Source: Candidatus Sericytochromatia bacterium (GTDB taxonomy: Bacteria > Cyanobacteriota > Sericytochromatia > S15B-MN24 > UBA4093). From it: DNA of 64,000 bases. Location of the stretch: positions 1 to 64,000 of the forward strand of contig JAKFBU010000077.1 in NCBI GenBank assembly GCA_036676985.1, given 5' to 3'. Made by a program: the position numbers and the translations under genes. The notes under the pieces are model-generated. The model was not told where the DNA came from. It searched no databases and saw only the letters and a list, made by a program, of their open reading frames with translations. How positions within the stretch are numbered: position 1 is the stretch's first letter; the number at the start of each line of letters is the position of its first letter. Shown here piece by piece: positions 55,588 through 64,000 of this stretch.

Positions 55588-55631
55588 AGTATTCACGGAT
55601 CGCCGGAACCACGTATCCGTAATCTCTACGC
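55588..55631 (-). promoter_or_regulatory. Putative activator site plus -10 box
   Basis: CCGTAATCTCTACGC (55617-55631); 23 nt downstream on the minus strand lies AATACT. Confidence 0.5.
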
Positions 55632-55888
55632 TCTCAACGGCGTTTCAATGCAGATTAGAGGAGACTAATCGGGTAGTCGGGGTGAAATACGTAGGTATGA
55701 ACTCGGTATAGGGGTTTTTCGTTCCAATTTACATGAGATAGGCGTTACTTTCGGAAAAATACCGAACTTTCGCCAATCTATTGCGACTAGGCGATTACAG
55801 TGCTTAGTATTGAGGCATCACGTCGCGGGTCACCGGTACAACGGCGAGTTGCCTCGGGGAATCGGCCTAATTCAGAGAGGGTTCCACA

Positions 55889-56593
55889 GTGAGAAAGCAG
55901 ACCAGATTCATAGCGGGCCTGGTGGGGGCGGCCTTGCTCGCCCAGGCGGTGGGCGCCCTTCCGGCGCAGGCCGAGGAGTTCGCCCTGACGTCCACGGAGC
56001 GCGAGCAGGTCGTGCTCGTCGCCGGCGGCACGTCTCTGATGAGCGAGCCCATCCTCCTGGGGGCGACCCCCCTGTCGGTGGCAGCCGCTGCTGCCGCGAG
56101 CGATCCCGAGTGGGCCGACCTGGCCATCCCGCCCGATCCCGAGGCCGAGGCAAAGCTGGCGCAGGGCCACCTGCGAGAGAACATGTCGCTCGCGCACCTC
56201 CTGCTCGGCAGCGCGACCCTCGGGTTGCTGACCGGCGCCGGCATCACGGGCGTCATGCTCGTGAAGCAGAATGACCCCAACATCCGCCTCCTGCACCAGG
56301 CCACGGTGGGCGTGGGCACGCTCACCTACCTCGCGGACGGCGCCCTGATGCTCTTCGCCCCGAAGCCCTACAAGACCAAGGGTGAGGCCAACCTGAGCAA
56401 CATCGACTACCACCGGTACCTCTTCTACCTGCATCTGGCGGGCATGACCTCGGCCGTCGTCACCGGGCTCATCGCGACCCGGCTCTGGAACCTCGACCCG
56501 TCGCTCGACATCCGTCGGACCCACCCGGCGATCGGCGGGGCCGCCATTGGCCTCATCGGCGTCTCGGCCGTCGTGATGGCCCTCAACTTCTAG
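55889..56593 (+). CDS. Four-TM membrane protein with His at each helix (possible b-haem binding)
   Basis: Signal-like N-terminus; AHLLLG, LHQATVG, YHRYLFYLHLAGM and THPAIG. Confidence 0.75.
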   Translation: MRKQTRFIAGLVGAALLAQAVGALPAQAEEFALTSTEREQVVLVAGGTSLMSEPILLGATPLSVAAAAAASDPEWADLAIPPDPEAEAKLAQGHLRENMSLAHLLLGSATLGLLTGAGITGVMLVKQNDPNIRLLHQATVGVGTLTYLADGALMLFAPKPYKTKGEANLSNIDYHRYLFYLHLAGMTSAVVTGLIATRLWNLDPSLDIRRTHPAIGGAAIGLIGVSAVVMALNF

Positions 56594-56603
56594 GAGGCTC
56601 CTG

Positions 56604-57182
56604 ATGAAAGCGCTAATCGCCGGTCTCGGTCTGGGGCTCCTCCTGGCAGCCCCCGCCTTTGCCGAGACCTACACGTTCACGGACAAGAGCAAGGTGACGT
56701 TCGTCGCCACCGCCCCCATGCGCTGGAACGGCGTTCACGGCACGTCCCACGACGTTCGGGGCAAGATCGAGGTCCCTGCCGGCAAGTTCGAGCAGGCCCT
56801 GGTGGGCATCGCCATTCCCATCGTCTCGTTCGAGGCCAAGAGCGGCATGGATCAGCACGCCTTCACGGCGCTCGAGGCGGCCAAGCACCCGGCGGTCATG
56901 TTCCGCGGCAAGAGCATCGTCATCGACACGAAGACCGAGACTCCCGAAGGCGTCCGGTTGGCAGGCAAGATCAACGGCCTGTTGAACTTCCATGGGGTGG
57001 TGCAGCCGATCACGGCCCCGTTCACGGTCGTCCAGGGGGCCACGGAGAGCACCATCGAGTCGGAGTTCAAGGTGTCGCTCTCGGCGCACAAGGTCCCGCC
57101 CATCCGGGTCACGATCATCGAGGTCGACGATCCGGTCACCATCCACCTGAAGCTGGTGGCCGTCAAGCAGTCGGTCCAGTAG
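56604..57182 (+). CDS. YceI family exported protein
   Basis: Signal peptide; SKVTF, HP...F and G.LNFHGV.QPI motifs. Confidence 0.82.
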   Translation: MKALIAGLGLGLLLAAPAFAETYTFTDKSKVTFVATAPMRWNGVHGTSHDVRGKIEVPAGKFEQALVGIAIPIVSFEAKSGMDQHAFTALEAAKHPAVMFRGKSIVIDTKTETPEGVRLAGKINGLLNFHGVVQPITAPFTVVQGATESTIESEFKVSLSAHKVPPIRVTIIEVDDPVTIHLKLVAVKQSVQ

Positions 57183-57193
57183 TTCCAGCTAAC

Positions 57194-57223
57194 AGCGGCC
57201 CCCCTGCACGCAGGGGGGCCGCT
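57194..57223 (+). terminator. Terminator hairpin
   Basis: AGCGGCCCCCCTGC / GCAGGGGGGCCGCT. Confidence 0.75.
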
Positions 57224-57304
57224 TCATTGTTGACGGGGGCTTGAGGCCAGTTGAGGCGTTGTGCAGGCAATCACTCGAGACCCAGGATCATCCCGTTCAC
57301 CCCG

Positions 57305-57437
57305 AGAGGGTGTATGGAAAGTACTTGGAGCCAGTGGGACAGGCCTCCGCGCCTGTCTCAGGGTGGCCCTACAAGGGCGTCAGGCAGGGACGCCTGGCCC
57401 ACTGAGCCAAATCTTCCGGCCTTTTCAGACACCCTCT
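57305..57437. mobile_element. MITE/REP hybrid element, copy 2
   Basis: TIRs AGAGGGTGTATGGAAAG / CTTTTCAGACACCCTCT; internal GTGGGACAGGCCTCCGCGCCTGTC...GTCAGGCAGGGACGCCTGGCCCAC. Confidence 0.75.
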
Positions 57438-57458
57438 TGGGGAGAGCGGTTCCTTTTC

Positions 57459-57644
57459 CTAAGGGTGCAGGTAGCGCAGCACCTGCTTGACCGCCGAGCG
57501 CTCCCGGAGGCGCTTCAGGGGGGCGGCAATCATGGCCTCGAAGGTCGAGACGTCGTCCAGTTCGCGCTGCCAGGTATGAGGAGCGCATGCGGTCACGCTG
57601 GACGGAGTTGCGGACATGAGCAGAGAAAGCATATGGGCATGCAT
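57459..57644 (-). CDS. 61-aa hypothetical protein
   Basis: AAAGGAGG RBS before the ATG; occupies otherwise empty space. Confidence 0.5.
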   Translation of the reverse strand: MHAHMLSLLMSATPSSVTACAPHTWQRELDDVSTFEAMIAAPLKRLRERSAVKQVLRYLHP

Positions 57645-57868
57645 GGAAAGCCCTCCTTTACGACATCTAGGCGTTAGAGGATGGGTTTCGCGTGGCTGCT
57701 ACCGGGTACCGGCGGTATCCCGTTCGGTTATCCCACCCGAACGTCATGGACGCTCTATAGCTTCCACGGTACCAAGGGCCAAGGTGTATAGTCCTAATAC
57801 CAAGTAATCAGGAGTTTAAGGATAGGTTAAATCGGCAGAGTGTCTGGCATAGCGGACCTCGCATCGCC

Positions 57869-59158
57869 CTAGAACCAGCTCTTGATGGCCTCGAGCGGTC
57901 CCACTAGCCAGGCCTTGTTCGCCGGCGGCTCGAACTCCGTGGGACCCTCGACCTTGCGCGCGGCTTCCCAGAGCGGTTGGAAGACCTGAGCTTCGATGGT
58001 CCGGATGGTCTTGGCGTTGAAGAAGAAGACGTTCAACTCGTGGTTCTCGAGGAGCGATCGCGTGTCCCCGTTGGTCGAGCCGATGCTCGTCCAGACGTCG
58101 TCCGCCGAGAGGTACTTGATGTGCATGAACTTCGGCCGGTAGAGGCCGACGCGGATGCCGGCCCGGGCCATGCGCTTGGCGCTCGACTGGTTCAGCAGGT
58201 GGAACGGGTCGAATGTGCTCCAGTCGGGCAGGAGCAGGCGCACGCGAACACCGCGCCGGGAGGCGGCGATGAAGGCCTGGACCAGCTCCTCGTCCCACAT
58301 GTAGGGGAAGGCCACGTCCAGGCTGTGGCGGGAGTTGTGGGCCGCGAGCAGGTAGGCGGCCCGCACCTCATGGGCCTGCTCCGAGCCGGGCTCCATGAGG
58401 GCGATCTGCAGGGGCTCGTCCCCGATGGACGAGCCCGTCTGGCTCGAAGCATAGCGGTTCTGGCCCGAGGGGGGCACGGCCTCCGCGAGATCGCCGCCCC
58501 ACGCGCGCTTGAAGATCCAGGTGATGTGCCGGGCGGCTTCGCCGCGCATGTCGAGCATGAGGTCGTAGTAGTTGTAGCGGAAGGCGTCGCCGATGTTGAC
58601 GCCGCCCGTGAGGGCGTGGCCCTCGTCGGACACGAGGATCTTGCGGTGGGTGATGTTGAAGCCCGTCGGGCTCCAGTAGTAGGGGTTGTGGATCTGGACG
58701 TTCACCCCGCCGCGCCGCAGGTAGTCGATGAGCTTGTAGTCCTCGCGGCCGTACTCGATCCCCAGGGAGTCGAGCCGGACGCGGACGTCCAGGCCGTCCT
58801 TGGCCCGCCGGATGAGGGCATCGGCGACCTCGCGCCCGGTCGCGTCGAAGTGGAAGATGAACATCTCCACGTACACGCTGCGCCGGGCCTCGCGGATGAG
58901 GGCGAGCATGGCCCGGTGCGTGGCCTCGCCCCCCAGGTGGACGTCCACGTCGTTCTCCCGGGTGACGGGCAGACGGCAGCGCTCGGCGATCAGCTGGCGC
59001 AGGTCGCCCGCGGCTTGCGGGAGGTCGAGGGGCACGCGGTGGACCGGCAGACAGCCGCTCAGCATGGAGGCGAGCGCCGTGGCGATCGCCACGCCACGAG
59101 CCGCACGGCGCCACGTAGCGAGCAGTGGCAGACCAGGAGCAAGCGTCAGTTTCGGCAT
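57869..59158 (-). CDS. Phospholipase D superfamily, cardiolipin synthase-like
   Basis: Two HxKxxxxD motifs (HRKILVSD with GGVNIG; HIKYLSAD with GSTN). Confidence 0.92.
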   Translation of the reverse strand: MPKLTLAPGLPLLATWRRAARGVAIATALASMLSGCLPVHRVPLDLPQAAGDLRQLIAERCRLPVTRENDVDVHLGGEATHRAMLALIREARRSVYVEMFIFHFDATGREVADALIRRAKDGLDVRVRLDSLGIEYGREDYKLIDYLRRGGVNVQIHNPYYWSPTGFNITHRKILVSDEGHALTGGVNIGDAFRYNYYDLMLDMRGEAARHITWIFKRAWGGDLAEAVPPSGQNRYASSQTGSSIGDEPLQIALMEPGSEQAHEVRAAYLLAAHNSRHSLDVAFPYMWDEELVQAFIAASRRGVRVRLLLPDWSTFDPFHLLNQSSAKRMARAGIRVGLYRPKFMHIKYLSADDVWTSIGSTNGDTRSLLENHELNVFFFNAKTIRTIEAQVFQPLWEAARKVEGPTEFEPPANKAWLVGPLEAIKSWF

Positions 59159-59508
59159 CCTACTCCTACCGGCTGTCGAACCAAAGGACGACGGCAGCGG
59201 TGCACTCCTGCTCGGGAACCCAATGGTGGAGCCCGACTCAGCGTTATGATGTTTCGCTGATTAAGCGTTGATAGCGCGCCGCTGCTTATTGCCACCATAA
59301 CAGCTAGCGATGACGCGGGCTTTAGGTCGAAATGAACAGAGCTTCTCGTGCGCTTGATCCTTGGCGAACGAGTACCTTGCAAGGCCTTTCAAACTCCCCT
59401 TCTTTCAAGGCGAAAACCTCACCTCGCGAGCCGCTGGGCCTTGTGAGATCGCCGGAAGGTCGGCATCATGGAGGTCTGAGCTCTCGGCTGCTTCTTGGGA
59501 GCATCCCC

Positions 59509-60771
59509 ATGTCCAAATCCCTTTCCACCCTCGCGGTGCCCACGATCGACGCGGAGCGTCTCGTCGAGCGCTTCTTGCGCTACGTGGCCATCGACACCCG
59601 GGCCCTTCCCGATGCCGACACCTACCCCAGCAACCCCAACGAGCGGGTGCTCGGGCAACTGCTGGTCGAGGAGCTGCGGGCGCTCGGGCTCGCCGACGCC
59701 ACGCTCGACGAGCACGGCTACGTGATGGCCACCCTGAAGGGCAATCGGCCGGCGCCGGCCATCGGCTTCATCGCCCACCTCGACACGGCGGCCGAGACGC
59801 CCGGCGCGAACGTCATGCCCATCATCCGGCGCAACTACCAGGGCGAGACCCTGACCTTCCCCGGCAACCCGGACCTCGTGCTGTCGGTCGAGACGTGCCC
59901 GAGCCTGGCCACGGCCATCGGCGAGGACCTCATCACCACCGACGGCACGACGCTTCTGGGCGGCGACGACAAGGCGGGGATCGCGATCATCATGGCGGCC
60001 ATCGAGGCCATGGTGCAGCACCCGGAGTGGCCGCACGGCGACCTGCGCATCGCCTTCACGCCGGACGAGGAGATCGGCGCGGGGACGCAGTACTTCGACA
60101 TCCCGCGGTTCGGCGCCCGCTACGCCTACACCGTCGACGGCGAGGCCGCACCAGAGCTCAACGACGAGACGTTCAACGCGGCGAGCGCCTCGCTCGCCAT
60201 CACGGGCCTCAACGTCCATCCGGGCAAGGCCAAGGGGCTGATGGTCAACGCCATCCAGGTCATGGGCGACTTCCTCGCCCTGTTGCCGAGCGACCTGACG
60301 CCTCAGGCGACCGAGGGCCGGGTGGGCTTCATTCACCCGCACAACGTCCAGGGCACGGTCGATTCGGCCACCGTTGACCTGATCCTCCGGGACTTCGACC
60401 TGGAGGGGCTGCGCGCCAAGGAGCGGCTCCTCGAAGACGTCGTCGCCACCCTGCGGTACCGGTACCCCGAGGCCCAGATCGAGCTGGACATCCGCCAGTC
60501 CTACCGCAATATGCGTAGCTTCCTGGATGCGGTGCCCCAGGTGACGGAGCTGGCCCTCGAGGCGCTCGTGGAGGCGGGACTTACCCCCAAGCGGGTGCCA
60601 CTGCGGGGAGGCACGGACGGATCGGCCCTGTCGTGCCAGGGAGTGCTCACGCCCAACCTCTTCACGGGCAGCGGCAACCACCATGGGCTCAGCGAGTGGG
60701 CCTCGATCCAGCAGATGACGAAGGCCGCCGAGGTCGTGGTGCGCCTGGCCAGGCTGTGGACGGAGCTCTAA
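59509..60771 (+). CDS. pepT: Peptidase T (tripeptide aminopeptidase)
   Basis: ERFLRYV, IGFIAHLDT, TDGTTLLG.DDKAG, FTPDEEIG and RGGTDG. Confidence 0.95.
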   Translation: MSKSLSTLAVPTIDAERLVERFLRYVAIDTRALPDADTYPSNPNERVLGQLLVEELRALGLADATLDEHGYVMATLKGNRPAPAIGFIAHLDTAAETPGANVMPIIRRNYQGETLTFPGNPDLVLSVETCPSLATAIGEDLITTDGTTLLGGDDKAGIAIIMAAIEAMVQHPEWPHGDLRIAFTPDEEIGAGTQYFDIPRFGARYAYTVDGEAAPELNDETFNAASASLAITGLNVHPGKAKGLMVNAIQVMGDFLALLPSDLTPQATEGRVGFIHPHNVQGTVDSATVDLILRDFDLEGLRAKERLLEDVVATLRYRYPEAQIELDIRQSYRNMRSFLDAVPQVTELALEALVEAGLTPKRVPLRGGTDGSALSCQGVLTPNLFTGSGNHHGLSEWASIQQMTKAAEVVVRLARLWTEL

Positions 60772-60845
60772 ACGTCAACTCGGGCCGTAGCCGTCAGGTC
60801 TTCGGTGCATCCTGGCCTTCGCCGGGATGAAAGGGTGATACGTAG

Positions 60846-60885
60846 ACAAAGGCCATTCCGTGATGTATCTCGGAATGGCCTTTGT
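60846..60885. terminator. Bidirectional terminator
   Basis: ACAAAGGCCATTCCG / CGGAATGGCCTTTGT between convergent pepT and OPT genes. Confidence 0.8.
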
Positions 60886-60901
60886 TGTTTTGTTGACCTT
60901 G

Positions 60902-62842
60902 CTACTCGAGGCCGCCGGTCACGGCCAGGATGGCGGTGATGATGCCCATGAGGCTCTCGCCCGCGATGACGCCGGAGGCCACCGGGACGATGTAGCGCTC
61001 GGCCTTGCTCGCATTGGCCTTGACGAACCACCAGGCGGCGAGCGCGCCGAGGAACATCATCAGCGAGTTGGAGAAGGGCACGACGAGCGCGATGCCCAGG
61101 CCCACGGGCGACGGCATCCAGCGGGCGACACGCGGCGCATAGAACTCGATGAGGCCCAGGAGGATGCCCACCACGCCCATGACGCCCATGGCGATCAGCG
61201 CGCTCGGCGGCAAGGCCGAGAAGCCCTGGCTCAGGAGCTTGGCCACCCCGGCGTAGACCTGTGCCGAAGGGGCGGGGAACTGCTGGGTGCCGATGGCGTC
61301 GACGTTGGGAACCAGCAGGTTGAAGACGGGCACGCAGAAGATCGCGCCCGCCATGATGCCGAGGAACTGGGCGAAGAACTGCTGGCGGGGCTTGGCGCCT
61401 AGCAAGTAGCCGCTCTTGAGGTCCGTGAGCAAGTCCGCCGAGTGCGAGGAGATTCCGGCGGTGGCACCTGCTGTCATGAGGTTTACGGACAAGTTGCCGG
61501 GCGAGATGGCGCCGAAGATGAGCTGGGTGAGCTGGCCCATGGCCGAGATGGGCGTGATGTCGGTCTCGCCGGTCGCCCGTGCGGCGACAATGGCGAGCAG
61601 GAACGAGAGCAGGACCGAGGTGACGCCCATCCAGACCGGGATGTGGAAGTAGGCGTGCTGCAGGAAGACGCAGATGGCGCCGAGCACGACGAAGGCGCCC
61701 AGGAACCAGGAGCCCGGGATCTCGAGCTTGGCGAGCGGATCGTCGGCCTTCTGGGCGGCCTGGGGCTTGAAGACGTCGGCCAGGCCCGAGAAGGCACGCA
61801 CCAGGGTCTTCCACTGGAGGAAGAAGATCAAGAGGCCGCTCGTGAGCATGATCGACGCGCCGGGCCACATGGACCACTTGACCAGGTTGCGGTACCCGCC
61901 CTCGGCAGGGACGATGCCCTGGGAGATGAGCCAGGGCGCGAGGAAGCAGAAGTAGGCGATCGCCCCCACCATCATGGAGAGCGCGATCCGGATGCCCATG
62001 ATGGCGCCGGCACCGAGCATCAGGAGGCTGGACTCCCCCTGGATGGTCAATGAGCTGAGCGGCGTACCCATGATCTTGCCCGGCAGATCGAGGGTCGGCG
62101 GGATGTTGAAGCCCTTCATCCAGCCCACGGTGCCGTCCCGCAGCCATGCGACCATGGCACCCAGGAGGCCCGTGATGCCCAGTGCCTTGGCCTGGGCGAT
62201 GGACTCCGCACCCGAGGCATGCATGCTCTTGAGGGTCGTGGCGGTGGCAACACCCGTCGGGAAGCGGAGCTGCTCGATGTTGATCATGTTCCGCTTCATG
62301 GGGATGGCGACGATGACGCCCAGCATGCTGAGGGAGGCCATCCAGGTCCCGAGCTGCACGGGGGAGAGCTTCTGGCCGGTGGTCATCATGAGGGCCGGGA
62401 TCGAGGAGATGAGCCCGGCGGTCGCGATGTAGCCCGCGGCCGACGCCGCCGAGCCCATGGCGTTGTTCTCCAGGACGCTGAACTCCTCGCGCATGCCTCT
62501 CAGGAAGCGCTTGGGCAGGAAGAGGTCGAAGACCTTGGCCTGCGAGACGTACTGCAGGACCTTGAAGAGCGAGAAGGCGAGGATGGTCGCCGTGATCGTG
62601 ACGCCCATGCCCCAGCCGGTCTTGAGGCCGACATAGAGGTTCGAGAGCGACATGATGCCCCCGATGACCATCCCGATGATCGCCGAGCGGACGGTGAGCT
62701 GGCGGGCGTGGTCCCCCTGGTAGACGTGGTCGTACCAGAAGCGCTCGACGGCGTCGGGGTCCTTGCTGTCCACGGGCAGCTTCTGGTTGAAGTTGAACTC
62801 GAAGTCGGTCTTCGACGTACTGGGCTCCTCGCTGATGGCCAT
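60902..62842 (-). CDS. OPT family oligopeptide transporter
   Basis: NLYVGLKTG, LENN, LRFPTG.ATA, GETDITP, DLKSGYLLGA and ASGVIAGE. Confidence 0.93.
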   Translation of the reverse strand: MAISEEPSTSKTDFEFNFNQKLPVDSKDPDAVERFWYDHVYQGDHARQLTVRSAIIGMVIGGIMSLSNLYVGLKTGWGMGVTITATILAFSLFKVLQYVSQAKVFDLFLPKRFLRGMREEFSVLENNAMGSAASAAGYIATAGLISSIPALMMTTGQKLSPVQLGTWMASLSMLGVIVAIPMKRNMINIEQLRFPTGVATATTLKSMHASGAESIAQAKALGITGLLGAMVAWLRDGTVGWMKGFNIPPTLDLPGKIMGTPLSSLTIQGESSLLMLGAGAIMGIRIALSMMVGAIAYFCFLAPWLISQGIVPAEGGYRNLVKWSMWPGASIMLTSGLLIFFLQWKTLVRAFSGLADVFKPQAAQKADDPLAKLEIPGSWFLGAFVVLGAICVFLQHAYFHIPVWMGVTSVLLSFLLAIVAARATGETDITPISAMGQLTQLIFGAISPGNLSVNLMTAGATAGISSHSADLLTDLKSGYLLGAKPRQQFFAQFLGIMAGAIFCVPVFNLLVPNVDAIGTQQFPAPSAQVYAGVAKLLSQGFSALPPSALIAMGVMGVVGILLGLIEFYAPRVARWMPSPVGLGIALVVPFSNSLMMFLGALAAWWFVKANASKAERYIVPVASGVIAGESLMGIITAILAVTGGLE

Positions 62843-62959
62843 GGTCTACTCCTTGCTGACGGGATGCTTGGCCCATGGTAGCAGCCTTTCGGGCGATAAG
62901 ACAGCTAGTGGCGCGCCTTTGGGCCGATGGCTCGGCTAAAAAGTTCCAACCAATACGAA

Positions 62960-62990
62960 GAGGCCGGGGAACGTCTCGTTCCCCGGCCTC
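62960..62990 (-). terminator. Terminator hairpin
   Basis: GAGGCCGGGGAACG / CGTTCCCCGGCCTC after the transketolase stop. Confidence 0.75.
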
Positions 62991-63002
62991 CCGAACTGCA
63001 GC

Positions 63003-64000
63003 CTAGTGCGCGGCGAGCTGGCGCTCCGCCTGCTTCTTTGCCATCAGGCGCCGGGCCTTCTCGACGACGTGCTCGGCCGTGAGGTGCAGCTGGATCATCA
63101 GCTCCCACGGGCCGCCGGACTCGCCGAAGCGATCGTCCACGCCCACCATGTCGAAGACCAGCGGCATCTGGTAATCCCGCTCCTCGTTGACGACCGTGGC
63201 GACGAGGCCGCCGAAGCCGCCGCGCTGGTGCTCCTCGCAGGTGAGCAGCACGCCGGTCTCCTTGGCCGCGGCCAAGATCGCCCGGCGGTCGATGGGCTTG
63301 AGCGTGTGGAAGCTCACGACGCGCGTCTCGAGGCCGAACTCCTCCTTGAGGATGTAGGCGGCGCGCATGGCCTCGGGCACCATGGGGCCGCAGGCCAAGA
63401 TCGAGAGGTCCTCGTTCTCCGAGCGGTAGCTCTCGGCGAGCACCGTCTCGAAGGCGTCCACGAACTTGGCCGCCCGGCCGCGGTAGCGGATGACGTTGGC
63501 CTTGCCGAGCACCATCGGGGACTCGGCGCTGGTGACGACGGGCGTGGCCTCGCGGGCAAAGCGGATGTAGGCCGGGCCGTGCAGCCGCATGATGGCCTCG
63601 TCGCAGAGCCGCTCGGTCTCCGGGCCGTCGCAGGGCACGAAGAGGTTCATGTTGGGCAGGATGGCCATCAGGCTGATCTCTTCGAGGGCCTGGTGCGTGG
63701 CGCCGTCGGCGCCCACCGAGATGCCGCCGTGCGCGCCCGCGATCTTCACGTTCAGGTTGTCGTAGCAGATGGTGGTGCGCAGCTGATCCCAGGGCCGACC
63801 CGAGGCGAACACGCCGTAGGTGCCGGTGACGGGGATCTTGCCCTCGAGGGCAAGGCCCGCGGCCATCTGCATCATGTTCTGCTCGGCGATGCCCGCGTTG
63901 AACACGCGCGGCAGGCGCTCGGGATGCCCGTCCTCGAAGTCCGAGATCTTGATGGAGCCCGAGATGTCGGCATGGATGGTGACGAGGCGCGGGTCATCGC
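63003..64000 (-). CDS. Transketolase C-terminal (pyrimidine-binding) part; partial, starts beyond the window
   Basis: FNAGIAEQNM, GADGATHQALEEI, KPID and EEH...GG.G; the frame is open to the window edge (DDPRLVTIHADISGS). Confidence 0.92.
   Translation of the reverse strand, partial: DDPRLVTIHADISGSIKISDFEDGHPERLPRVFNAGIAEQNMMQMAAGLALEGKIPVTGTYGVFASGRPWDQLRTTICYDNLNVKIAGAHGGISVGADGATHQALEEISLMAILPNMNLFVPCDGPETERLCDEAIMRLHGPAYIRFAREATPVVTSAESPMVLGKANVIRYRGRAAKFVDAFETVLAESYRSENEDLSILACGPMVPEAMRAAYILKEEFGLETRVVSFHTLKPIDRRAILAAAKETGVLLTCEEHQRGGFGGLVATVVNEERDYQMPLVFDMVGVDDRFGESGGPWELMIQLHLTAEHVVEKARRLMAKKQAERQLAAH

Noticed and set aside
57755-57769. CTATAGCTTCCACGG as a further copy of the recurrent activator motif
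   Set aside because: The left arm is degenerate, there is no -10 box at 23-24 nt, and no gene lies downstream in that orientation.
1-64000. CRISPR arrays, tRNA/rRNA genes, transposases, prophage or anti-phage defence genes
   Set aside because: I found no regularly spaced direct repeats, RNA-gene signatures or corresponding protein motifs by eye. Small RNAs could have been missed.

Overview
GC-rich bacterial chromosomal window with about 60 protein genes. I found no rRNA, tRNA, CRISPR array or transposase. Housekeeping genes include sucA-sucB-lpdA, ppa, hrpB, msrA, pepT, rex, an OPT transporter, a transketolase subunit and a cardiolipin-synthase-like PLD. Accessory redox loci are interspersed among them. 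The main observations are: (1) a tightly coupled operon at 4253-10766 encoding a lipoprotein, a di-haem DHOR enzyme, an 86-aa CxxCH peptide, a HemN-like radical SAM enzyme, a DUF169-like protein, a cysteine desulfurase fused to a TusE/DsrC-like sulfur carrier, and a membrane protein; (2) a probable UxxC thioredoxin/TPR selenoprotein at 28145-28717 with an in-frame TGA and a SECIS-like hairpin, missed by the ORF track; (3) a recurring promoter architecture, nCGTAnnnnnTACGG-N23/24-TAnnnT, in front of six transcription units; (4) a B12-radical SAM operon with a tandem-repeat EF-hand-like protein; (5) a cluster of multihaem lipoprotein cytochromes next to rex, part of it bracketed by two copies of a MITE/REP hybrid element. 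All family assignments come from motif recognition by eye, not database searches.
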